IMG/VR virus record: IMGVR_UViG_3300044701_003393
Reading direction: 5' to 3' (one strand)
Length of the DNA: 20,000 nucleotides
DNA from: an uncultured virus (IMG/VR IMGVR_UViG_3300044701_003393)
Lineage: Duplodnaviria; Heunggongvirae; Uroviricota; Caudoviricetes
Below the pieces are notes generated by a model. The model was given only the letters and a program-made list of their open reading frames with translations, did not search any database and was not told the origin of the DNA. Below, piece after piece: positions 1 to 7,052 of the stretch. How positions within the stretch are numbered: position 1 is the stretch's first letter; every line of letters starts with the position of its first letter. A program made the translations under genes and the position numbers.

Positions 1-887
1 ATGAACTTCTGCCATCCTTTGGTGTAGAAATCTTTGAATGTATCAAACTCAGAGTGATCCAGTTTTTTCTGTCCCAGTTCCACTTCAGCAATATAATCTA
101 GACGATAAGATTCCTGAACTTTATAAGTAAATTTCTTATAAAGATCCAAATAGTCAAGTTGAGTCAAACCACCTACATCAAATGTGGTGTGCTTGCGTCC
201 ATTGATGAATACTTCACCCTCAGTCACAAGTCCCCAGTTAGAGAACCGTTTCATCAGTTTCTCACCAAGAACACGATTCAGTCTCTTACAGATATAAGGA
301 ACGTCATACATCTGGATGTTCCATCCTGTAATCACATCAGGAACATCCACCATCCAATAATTGATGAAGTGATTGAGAAGTTCATACTCAGAGGGGCAAT
401 GATGATAAGTCACATCCTTGCGGGTGTTATTGAATGGTTTAACTCCCCAAGTAATAATCTTCTTTGTTGTATAATCCTGAATAGAGATAGAAAGGATTTC
501 TTCAGATGCAGATTCTACATCAGGGAATCCTGCTTCTGATGCAACCTCAATATCTAGAGTTACAAGTTTGATTTTACTGATATCAAACTTAATTTCATCG
601 TCCGGATATTTTTCCGAAATGTATTGGTAGATATAACGGTCATTTCCGTAGATCTCAAATCCATCTACACTTTCATACTTATTATAAAATTCACGACAGT
701 CACGAACTGTTCCCGGATTTACTGGTTCAACTGCTTCGCCACTTAATGTTCGATATTTAGAATCTTTTTTAGTTTTCACATAAAGAGTTGGGAAGAACTC
801 ATCTCTTGTTTCAAATCTTTTTCCATTTTCTACCCCACGAACCAAAAACTGATTTCCAATCAATTGAACATTAGTATAAAATCTCAT
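1..887 (-). CDS. g43: DNA polymerase, family B (T4 gp43-like), N-terminal/exonuclease part; runs off window edge
   Basis: Not in the ORF track. ATG at 887-885 gives MRFYTNVQLIGNQFLVRG... The same frame at the window edge reads ...KKLDHSEFDTFKDFYTKGWQKF. ExoI-like TLDIEV motif near 550-565. ATGA overlap with the upstream gene. Typical position downstream of regA/hsp20. Confidence 0.95.
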   Translation of the reverse strand, partial: MRFYTNVQLIGNQFLVRGVENGKRFETRDEFFPTLYVKTKKDSKYRTLSGEAVEPVNPGTVRDCREFYNKYESVDGFEIYGNDRYIYQYISEKYPDDEIKFDISKIKLVTLDIEVASEAGFPDVESASEEILSISIQDYTTKKIITWGVKPFNNTRKDVTYHHCPSEYELLNHFINYWMVDVPDVITGWNIQMYDVPYICKRLNRVLGEKLMKRFSNWGLVTEGEVFINGRKHTTFDVGGLTQLDYLDLYKKFTYKVQESYRLDYIAEVELGQKKLDHSEFDTFKDFYTKGWQKF

Positions 888-1141
888 TCCTTAATCAAAT
901 CCTCATATTTTTCAAGAAGTGTTGGAGTTGGATCAGAGAGTGTGAGAATCTTGTCCGAACTCATCATAAATGTATCTTGTTTAGTATAACCCATTAGGAA
1001 AGGTTCTAATGTTTTATCTTTAGTGACTGTGAATGGTTTAACTAACTTACAGTCAGGTTCTCCAATATCAGCACTTACCTCTTCAATCTGGGTTATTAGA
1101 ATTTGATTGTTCGTTAATAACAATACTTTGATTAGTTTCAT
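884..1141 (-). CDS. Conserved T4-like phage hypothetical protein (85 aa, small beta-rich, possibly Sm-like)
   Basis: ORF track. Stop overlaps the g43 start (ATGA). Motif pattern resembles ORFs 1083-1472 and 15120-15515. Confidence 0.8.
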   Translation of the reverse strand: MKLIKVLLLTNNQILITQIEEVSADIGEPDCKLVKPFTVTKDKTLEPFLMGYTKQDTFMMSSDKILTLSDPTPTLLEKYEDLIKE

Positions 1142-1472
1142 CTTCTTTAATACCTAATACTTGAGTTTCATACATTTGTTTAAGACTTTCAACAGGATCT
1201 AAAACTGTAACAATAGAATTTGGAGAAAGTTCAATTGTAGTTAGTTGTTCTTTTGCCAATGATAACATAGAAGGCCAACGACGAAGTGAGATGCTTACTT
1301 TATTTTCATTATCCCCATCATCCTCTTGATCTAAAATTTTGTAAGTTCCATTAACAAATACATTGCAGGGATTCTCTAAAACATAACAGACTAATTTATC
1401 CTGAAAATAACCCTCCTTTATTTCAGAAACAATGTTTTCTCCAGATTGCAACAAAATAAGTTTAACAGACAT
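1083..1472 (-). CDS. Conserved T4-like phage hypothetical protein (129 aa, possibly Sm-like)
   Basis: ORF track. GGAGG Shine-Dalgarno at 1485-1489 and a sigma70-type promoter upstream. Starts MSVKLILLQSGENIV. Confidence 0.8.
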   Translation of the reverse strand: MSVKLILLQSGENIVSEIKEGYFQDKLVCYVLENPCNVFVNGTYKILDQEDDGDNENKVSISLRRWPSMLSLAKEQLTTIELSPNSIVTVLDPVESLKQMYETQVLGIKEDETNQSIVINEQSNSNNPD

Positions 1473-1493
1473 TTTTTTCTTGTACCTCCAAAT

Positions 1494-1522
1494 ATTCTAG
1501 CAACAAAAAAAGGAGGAGTCAA
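1494..1522 (-). promoter_or_regulatory. Sigma70-type promoter TTGACT-N17-TAGAAT for the hyp-hyp-g43 unit
   Basis: -35 at 1522-1517, exact 17-nt spacer, -10 at 1499-1494. Confidence 0.75.
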
Positions 1523-1546
1523 CCTGGATTGTGCCAGGTGCTCCTC
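1505..1546 (-). terminator. Intrinsic terminator (GAGGAG-C-ACCTGG-loop-CCAGGT-TGA-CTCCTC, then C and a U7 tract)
   Basis: Inverted repeat followed by a T-run on the minus strand. The 3' arm contains the -35 of the downstream promoter. Confidence 0.7.
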
Positions 1547-1570
1547 TGCGCCGACGATATTCAATTCTAT

Positions 1571-1750
1571 TTATTCTCCACCATCTCCCCCACTTCCATC
1601 TCCACCATCTCCATTACCACCAGCACTTGAGCGACTTCTTACAGGAACTGCTTTTCTTTTTGGAATTTTTTTTGATTTTCCTCCAGAATAAACAGTGTGA
1701 GGAATTGCATTTTTATATGCAATTTCTTTGAACTCTTCGAAAGATTTCAT
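1571..1750 (-). CDS. Small 59-aa protein, basic middle and Gly/Asp-rich tail; putative internal head protein
   Basis: Hand-translated, not in the ORF track: MKSFEEFKEIAYKNAIPHTVYSGGKSKKIPKRKAVPVRSRSSAGGNGDGGDGSGGDGGE*. Late-promoter motif CTAAATA at 1766-1760. Fills the gap between hsp20 and the terminator. Confidence 0.75.
   Translation of the reverse strand: MKSFEEFKEIAYKNAIPHTVYSGGKSKKIPKRKAVPVRSRSSAGGNGDGGDGSGGDGGE
1575..1621 (-). repeat. Imperfect 9-bp tandem repeat (GGAGATGGT-like) encoding a GDG/GDGG tail
   Basis: Plus strand reads tctccaccatctcccccacttccatctccaccatctccattaccacc. Confidence 0.6.
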
Positions 1751-1759
1751 TTTTATTTT

Positions 1760-1766
1760 TATTTAG
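1760..1766 (-). promoter_or_regulatory. gp55-type late promoter (CTAAATA) overlapping the hsp20 stop codon
   Basis: Close to T4 late consensus TATAAATA; 9 nt upstream of the ATG at 1750. Confidence 0.6.
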
Positions 1767-2197
1767 AGATAATCTTTACGAGTATGATGTTCTGGAACAA
1801 TCTTACCAAGAACAATAGTTAACAATCCATCCTCGAAAGTGACATCCTTGATTGTTGTGTCATCGGATAATGTCCATGCTCTCTTAAAACTTCTTTGAGC
1901 CAATCCCTTATGGACGTAGCGGGTATCAGTTTCTCGGTCTTCCTTTTGTCCTTCAACAAAAAGTTTTCCATACTCTGTGTATACATAAACCTCCTCCTTC
2001 TTAAATCCGGCAAGTGCAAGTTCTAAGCGAGATTCTACATTGCTTACTTGAACAAGATTGTATGGCGGATAATTAGAGGTAGTTTCATGAAGATTGAATA
2101 GGCGATCAAAATATTCGTCCATTCCAATACTGTTGCGAGTAATCTTATCCAACAAAGTAGAAAGATCCGCAGTAGTATATCGTGAAAGGTTAGTCAT
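1763..2197 (-). CDS. hsp20: Small heat-shock protein (Hsp20/IbpA family)
   Basis: YPPYNLV, ELALAGF, HKGLAQRSFKRAWTL, FEDGLLTIVL motifs; AGGAG SD at 2210-2206. Confidence 0.95.
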   Translation of the reverse strand: MTNLSRYTTADLSTLLDKITRNSIGMDEYFDRLFNLHETTSNYPPYNLVQVSNVESRLELALAGFKKEEVYVYTEYGKLFVEGQKEDRETDTRYVHKGLAQRSFKRAWTLSDDTTIKDVTFEDGLLTIVLGKIVPEHHTRKDYL

Positions 2198-2203
2198 TAT
2201 GGT

Positions 2204-2252
2204 AGCTCCTTTTTAAAGCGAGTTTGTGTTTTGTGGACCCTCTCGGCATCCA
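2204..2252 (-). promoter_or_regulatory. Structured hsp20 5' leader; ROSE-like RNA thermometer candidate
   Basis: CUC-G-CUU/UAAA/AAG-GAG hairpin pairs UCGCU with the SD and bulges a G. A 5' hairpin UGGAU-G-CC-GAGA-GG-GUCCA precedes it. TATAAT at 2265-2260. Confidence 0.6.
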
Positions 2253-2274
2253 TAATATAATTATACAAGATAAG

Positions 2275-2310
2275 AAAAAAAGAGGTACGGAAAAAACCGA
2301 ACCTCTTTTT
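2275..2310 (-). terminator. Intrinsic (possibly bidirectional) terminator downstream of regA
   Basis: AAAAAGAGGT-T-CGG-TTTTTT-CCG-T-ACCTCTTTTTTT. Confidence 0.75.
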
Positions 2311-2358
2311 AGGGTGTTCCGAACTTTTGTAGAGACCGCACGAAAGTCTCAAATATAT

Positions 2359-2796
2359 TTATTCGGTTTCTACACCCTTTCCCTTTTTACCAATATTATA
2401 TTTTTGTTCCAGAATCCAATCGCCTTTATCTTTATAAGAAAGAACTTTGATCTGATTCAATGGTGCAATATCAGATACAGAATCTTCCTTTACAACTGTA
2501 ATCAGTCCCCAGTCAGAAAGAAGACGTGCGATACGGTTGCGACGCTGAACGTCATTTACTGTAAGGTTTGCGTGTTTACCGTCGAGAGCAAATAGTTCCT
2601 TAAAATGAACGATGTAGTATCTTCCCTGCTTATGCAGAATATGGCAAGATTGGTAGAGTTTTTTCTCTTTACGTGATGCGACTCCGATTCGGGTCAAAGT
2701 TTCACGAACTTTCAGAAAGTCATCAGGTTCATTAAGAATTACCTCTACCATTTGGTCTTGAGACCAATTAACAGTAGGTTCTACCGTAGTAGTCAT
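2359..2796 (-). CDS. regA: RegA translational repressor
   Basis: EPDDFLKVRETLTRIGVAS, LYQSCHILHKQGRYYIVHFKELFALDG motifs; follows g62 as in T4. Confidence 0.97.
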   Translation of the reverse strand: MTTTVEPTVNWSQDQMVEVILNEPDDFLKVRETLTRIGVASRKEKKLYQSCHILHKQGRYYIVHFKELFALDGKHANLTVNDVQRRNRIARLLSDWGLITVVKEDSVSDIAPLNQIKVLSYKDKGDWILEQKYNIGKKGKGVETE

Positions 2797-3161
2797 TTTG
2801 TTCCTCCAATATCAAGTCGTTTTTTAATGAAAGTAAGTTGTTCTTTTGTCAGGATTTTCAGTGCTTGAGATGCTTTTTCATTACTATAACCATAGTATTG
2901 TTTTACACATTCTAAGTCCGTGATCTTATCCTTGCGGAGCCAGGGAGAAAATCTCTTCCGTTTCCTTAGACTATTTAGATAAAACGAATATTGCATACCT
3001 TTGTCAAGATGATGATTCATATTCATTTCATTAGCAAAAAGAACAGAATCAATATGACCCGCTAAGCATTTATTGATAATAAATGGAGGATATTCTTTGA
3101 TATTTTCCGACAGATCTTCTTTTGTAAAATTAATTGAGTTCAACCAATCCTTCAATTCCAT
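2793..3161 (-). CDS. g62: Clamp loader small subunit (T4 gp62-like)
   Basis: Start revised to MELKDWLNSIN at 3161. YPPFIINKCL, FANEMN, VKQYYGYSNEKA motifs. Lies between g44 and regA. Confidence 0.92.
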   Translation of the reverse strand: MELKDWLNSINFTKEDLSENIKEYPPFIINKCLAGHIDSVLFANEMNMNHHLDKGMQYSFYLNSLRKRKRFSPWLRKDKITDLECVKQYYGYSNEKASQALKILTKEQLTFIKKRLDIGGTK

Positions 3162-3984
3162 AATTAAAAAGTAGCAGTTCCTTTCTTTGTTTTTGCTCTC
3201 GCATATATTCACCAACAGAACGCATCGTATAAGTCAGGTCAAACTCAGCAGCATTCCATTTTTCACCTAAGAAGCGATCTTTAACAAGTTGATTCGTATT
3301 ATAACTTACCAACATATCCATATTGTTGGAATTGCAATCAGCAGCAAACTTATCGTGATCAAATCCTTTATGCATTGATCCCTTATTCCCATAGAGATTA
3401 TCCTTAATATCATAAGGAGGATCGAGATACATAAAAGCATCCTTGTTTCCATCCATCAGATAATCATAGGAGTAATTAGTTATACGCCAATGTTCTATAA
3501 GTTTAGAGTACTCGGGGAGTTTTTCAATTCCACGAACAGAAAAATTAGAGTTACTTGCTTGTGCCGAAAAAGAAGAACTTTCAGTAAGACCACTAAAAGA
3601 ACACTTATTTACAATATAAAATCTCACAGCACGTTCGAAATCACCAGTGTTTGGATCATTTAAGATCTGCTTTGAGATATCAAAAAGACCCCTAGCAGAT
3701 TCTGGGTTGGGGCAAACACTTTTGAAGTGAAGTAGATGTTCTTTCAGTTCTTCCCCAAACATCTGGAGTTGTTGCCAGAAGATTACAAGAGGAGGATAAA
3801 GATCATTGACCCAAATCTTTAGATCTGGATATTTTTTTGTAATATGAATTGCAACAGATCCTCCACCAAGAAATGGTTCACGGAACTCATCATAGTTACG
3901 AAGATCTGGAAAGTAAGGATCCATCTTTACACAAGCACGGGACTTACCGCCGGGATACCTTAGGGGTGTCTTAAGAGATTTCAT
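3130..3984 (-). CDS. dam: Orphan DNA adenine methyltransferase (Dam/D12 family)
   Basis: LRYPGGKS, EPFLGGGSV (motif I) and YLDPPY (motif IV). Target site not established. Confidence 0.9.
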   Translation of the reverse strand: MKSLKTPLRYPGGKSRACVKMDPYFPDLRNYDEFREPFLGGGSVAIHITKKYPDLKIWVNDLYPPLVIFWQQLQMFGEELKEHLLHFKSVCPNPESARGLFDISKQILNDPNTGDFERAVRFYIVNKCSFSGLTESSSFSAQASNSNFSVRGIEKLPEYSKLIEHWRITNYSYDYLMDGNKDAFMYLDPPYDIKDNLYGNKGSMHKGFDHDKFAADCNSNNMDMLVSYNTNQLVKDRFLGEKWNAAEFDLTYTMRSVGEYMREQKQRKELLLFNYGIEGLVELN

Positions 3985-4925
3985 TTGAATTCACACTCAC
4001 ACATAATTTCAGTTAGTGCCGCTAGGAGGTTAATTTCCTGATCAGCCACGAACGCACATTGGTATTGATACTTAGCAATAACAAGAACGGCAGCAGGGAT
4101 AGATTGGGGTGAAAGGCAATCATAAGAGGCGTCATAAATCCTGCGAAGTAGATGAGAAGCATCGTTATCCAAGTTAGAGACCACCCACTTACGGACTTCT
4201 GGGAAGTTCTTCTCCTTGAGGTTCTTGACGAGTTCATTTACAGAGATGTCTGAGAAAGATGCAAGAATGCCCGAGTCGATTTTTCCTCCCGTAGCGTACC
4301 TCTGACACTCGTTAAGGACCCTACGAAAGTCTGGGAAGTGCTTTGATACAAGTTCAGCAAGGACTTTTTGATCGTACTCAATCTTTTCCTGATCCAGGAT
4401 CGTTTGGAGACGTTGGAAGAAACTTCCTGCAAGTTGAACCCGTTGCTTCCCTTTGATGGTGAAGTCAATGACGGCACATCGGGAATGAAGAGGTTCAATG
4501 ATCTTGTTCTTGTAATTGCAAGTGAAGATGAATCGGCAGTTGCTATAAAATGCCTCAATATTTGCCCGTAGTAGGAGTTGTACATCTGAGGTTGTGTTGT
4601 CACTCTCATCCACAATGATGACTTTGTGCCTACCATTTCCTTGAAGAGATACGGTCGAAGCAAAGTTCTTTGCTTGGTTCCTGACAGTATCCAAGAAACG
4701 CCCTTCGTCGGATCCGTTGATGACATAGTAATCTGCTCCTAATTGTTCGCATAGTGCCTTGGCAATAGTTGTTTTCCCAATGCCCGGAGGACCAGACAAT
4801 AGTAGATTGGGAATTTCACCTTTATTAATAAAGTCCAAAAAAGTTTTTTTAGTATCCTCTGGAAGAATACAATCCTCTACTTTTTTTGGTCTCCACTTTT
4901 CCACCCACAAAAAATTGTCACTCAT
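3981..4925 (-). CDS. g44: Clamp loader large subunit, AAA+ ATPase (T4 gp44-like)
   Basis: Start revised to MSDNFLWVEKWRP at 4925 (TGATG overlap with the HNH stop). Walker A GPPGIGKT, Walker B IIVDESD, SRC motif LHSRC. Confidence 0.96.
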   Translation of the reverse strand: MSDNFLWVEKWRPKKVEDCILPEDTKKTFLDFINKGEIPNLLLSGPPGIGKTTIAKALCEQLGADYYVINGSDEGRFLDTVRNQAKNFASTVSLQGNGRHKVIIVDESDNTTSDVQLLLRANIEAFYSNCRFIFTCNYKNKIIEPLHSRCAVIDFTIKGKQRVQLAGSFFQRLQTILDQEKIEYDQKVLAELVSKHFPDFRRVLNECQRYATGGKIDSGILASFSDISVNELVKNLKEKNFPEVRKWVVSNLDNDASHLLRRIYDASYDCLSPQSIPAAVLVIAKYQYQCAFVADQEINLLAALTEIMCECEFK

Positions 4926-5374
4926 CAATAAACTCCATTTAATACATTCCAAATACTTTTTTGACTTTTTCCCATAATATCAGCAACTTGTCTTTGGGAC
5001 AATCCCTGACTGGAAAGATTCATAATTTCTCCTTTCACGTCAGGTTCCATTTGAACTACTGCTTTTCTTGGATTTGATTTTCCAATTTGAGACCTTCTTG
5101 TGTTTTCTGAACGAGGCAACCATCTCAAGTTTTCAACTTTGTTGTTGGTTTTATTTTCATCAATATGGTCTATACACCAATCTATACCTTTTGGTCTTGG
5201 TTCCCCCCAACATTCTACCACAAGTTGATGAAGTCGTTTTTCACGAACTACAACATAACCATCTCTTTTATCAACTCTTCCAATAGGTTTTACATTTAGA
5301 ATTTTACCACAAGCACTTACATAAATGTCTGGATAAGTTTTTGATTGTTTGTAGGTAATTCCGTTGAGTTCCAT
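4925..5374 (-). CDS. Free-standing HNH homing endonuclease (NUMOD4-like N-term, HNH_3, C-terminal HTH)
   Basis: YVSACGKI...LHQLV...IDHIDENKTNNKVENLRW...SEN, then GLSQRQVADIMGKSQKSIWNVL HTH. Own TATAAATA promoter. Confidence 0.88.
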   Translation of the reverse strand: MELNGITYKQSKTYPDIYVSACGKILNVKPIGRVDKRDGYVVVREKRLHQLVVECWGEPRPKGIDWCIDHIDENKTNNKVENLRWLPRSENTRRSQIGKSNPRKAVVQMEPDVKGEIMNLSSQGLSQRQVADIMGKSQKSIWNVLNGVY

Positions 5375-5395
5375 TAGAAGAGTAATAACTATTAT

Positions 5396-5403
5396 TATTT
5401 ATA
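5396..5403 (-). promoter_or_regulatory. T4 late promoter TATAAATA for the HNH gene
   Basis: Perfect consensus 21 nt upstream of the ATG. Immediately preceded by inverted repeat CCAAACTACAT-CAA-ATGTCGTTTGG (5429-5405). Confidence 0.75.
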
Positions 5404-5434
5404 ACCAAACGACATTTGATGTAGTTTGGAATAA

Positions 5435-5623
5435 TCACTCATCCACCAGTTTCTCCAATTTTAACTTATTTTGCAGAAGTTGAATGTTTGCTTCCAATTT
5501 TTCAATGTTCTTTTGAACCTCAGGATTACTTTGATTGAGTTCTTTGAGTGTAGATGCAAACTCAAGTTGAGATTTCAGTTGCCCTTGCAAAAATTTGATT
5601 TGTGCTTGTGTAAGTTCAGTCAT
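5435..5623 (-). CDS. Hypothetical coiled-coil protein (62 aa)
   Basis: Start revised to MTELTQAQ (ATG 5623, GGAG at 5632-5629). Heptad-like Leu/Ile pattern. Confidence 0.65.
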   Translation of the reverse strand: MTELTQAQIKFLQGQLKSQLEFASTLKELNQSNPEVQKNIEKLEANIQLLQNKLKLEKLVDE

Positions 5624-5870
5624 TTTCACTCCAATACTCTTCATAATCAATAAAATCTCTGGGTTCAGTATAAGGGTCTTCACAACCAGTATAGGCATAC
5701 ATTTTGTTATTCATCTTATACCAATCGTGGTTGAGACAATACCAAAAATCCATAATATACCAATCATAAAAACCCAAACTTTCTTTATCTTTAAGTGCCC
5801 AAATTAGGGTTCTATCTGGAAGGGTCATCCAGATTTTCCATTTATCAAAGATTATTCGTGTGAGTTTCAT
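5616..5870 (-). CDS. Hypothetical Trp/Tyr-rich protein
   Basis: ORF track 5616-5882. The ATG at 5870 (MKLTRII) just after the upstream stop is the more plausible start. Confidence 0.65.
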   Translation of the reverse strand: MKLTRIIFDKWKIWMTLPDRTLIWALKDKESLGFYDWYIMDFWYCLNHDWYKMNNKMYAYTGCEDPYTEPRDFIDYEEYWSEND

Positions 5871-5872
5871 AA

Positions 5873-6385
5873 TCAAATCCAATCAGGTTTTCGTTCTGGC
5901 ATACGAAGATAATTAGATGCAACCCAAGGTTTGCTGCTAATGTACATCTTGTAAGCAGTAAAAGTATCAATAGTTGTGTCCAGTTTAAATTCATCTGGCA
6001 TCGCACGGGCAAATGGAGTTACTTCAGTAATCTTACCTTTGGGGAAAAGATAGTAAGCATCTACAAGTGTCTTGTAGCACGAATGAACTTTATTATAACG
6101 CAAAGTGTACTCGTCACACAAGTTCAACCCGTGCTTAATCAACCAATAGGCATTGTGAATACTTTCTAAGGCCCATTTGGTGCAGGGATGATTGCGAAAA
6201 GCACCCTTTTCAGTTTTGTAAGGTGTCTCATCAGATTTATAAAGATAACCATACCCATGACCCCACTTTTCAGATGCTACAATAGACAGCATTTGACAGC
6301 ACTCTAGTGGCATCTTGACAACGTGCTTATCGGGAAGGCAGATAGCACTTTCAGCAGGCCAAGGGGAAGTTACAAAGATGTTCAT
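5873..6385 (-). CDS. Pyrimidine-dimer DNA glycosylase family protein (DenV/Pyr_excise-like)
   Basis: MNIF...PDKHVVKMPLECCQMLS...NHPCTKW...EYTLRYNKVH...FARAMPD signature. Confidence 0.8.
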   Translation of the reverse strand: MNIFVTSPWPAESAICLPDKHVVKMPLECCQMLSIVASEKWGHGYGYLYKSDETPYKTEKGAFRNHPCTKWALESIHNAYWLIKHGLNLCDEYTLRYNKVHSCYKTLVDAYYLFPKGKITEVTPFARAMPDEFKLDTTIDTFTAYKMYISSKPWVASNYLRMPERKPDWI

Positions 6386-7047
6386 CCGAAAGTAGAATCA
6401 GGTTCCAGAGCAATATAATAGCACAGGTCGTGGTTCTTGGATTGAAACCGTGACAAAAGTTTTTGTGACACAACCACCTCATAGGTCCCAGGAAGAATCT
6501 TGATGTTCTCTACTTTGAAGTTGAATGTAAAGACGCTATCAGTCTCACCAACAACGATAGAGAAATCGTTGGAAGTGTCGTTCTTCTTGTCACGAACAAC
6601 CAGTTTTACAACACCTGCTTCACCAACAGCAGAAATATCAGGAAGTTGATAAACCGCTGCTGCTTTCAGAAGTTTATCCATTTGCTCCGTAGAGAGTTCA
6701 AAACAAACATCTTCACTAGGAAGATTGATTTCTTTGTCTGGAGGAGTAACGATTACACTAGGGTCGGCAAAGAAATACTTAGACCGCATTTTACCTTCAC
6801 GAATGACGACATAACCATCATTTCCAAAGTCCAGTTCAGGTGCTTTGTGAAGACCAAGACCATTCAGAAACTGGTTAAGGTCATAGATACCAAAGTCACG
6901 AGGGAACTCTTCAGTAATTGTTGCTTCCGCAAGAATGTTCTTCATCACACTGATTGTGCGAAGTTTGTTTCCTTCCTTAAAGAGAATAGATTGATTGATA
7001 CCAGAGAAGTTTTTCAGGACCGAAAGAGTTTTATCAGAAAGTTTCAT
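6382..7047 (-). CDS. g45: Sliding clamp (T4 gp45-like)
   Basis: MKLSDKTLSVLKNFSGINQSIL, FGIYDLNQFL, YYIALEPDS; 221 aa. Confidence 0.96.
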   Translation of the reverse strand: MKLSDKTLSVLKNFSGINQSILFKEGNKLRTISVMKNILAEATITEEFPRDFGIYDLNQFLNGLGLHKAPELDFGNDGYVVIREGKMRSKYFFADPSVIVTPPDKEINLPSEDVCFELSTEQMDKLLKAAAVYQLPDISAVGEAGVVKLVVRDKKNDTSNDFSIVVGETDSVFTFNFKVENIKILPGTYEVVVSQKLLSRFQSKNHDLCYYIALEPDSTFG

Positions 7048-7052
7048 AATAA

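Noticed and set aside
1540..1565. Glutamine (glnA-type) riboswitch, suggested by the AUCGU start
   Set aside because: I could not find the complementary closing strand or three-way-junction elements; kept only as an unclassified ncRNA candidate.
1446..1731. Plus-strand Pro/Ser-rich (1446-1691) and His-rich (1531-1731) ORFs
   Set aside because: Both are reverse-complement readings of the Gly-Asp repeat in the minus-strand 59-aa gene, which has a late promoter and a CTS-like start.
4925..5434. HNH as part of a group I intron
   Set aside because: Flanking genes are intact, g44 starts at the HNH stop, and the ~60-nt spacer cannot hold an intron core.
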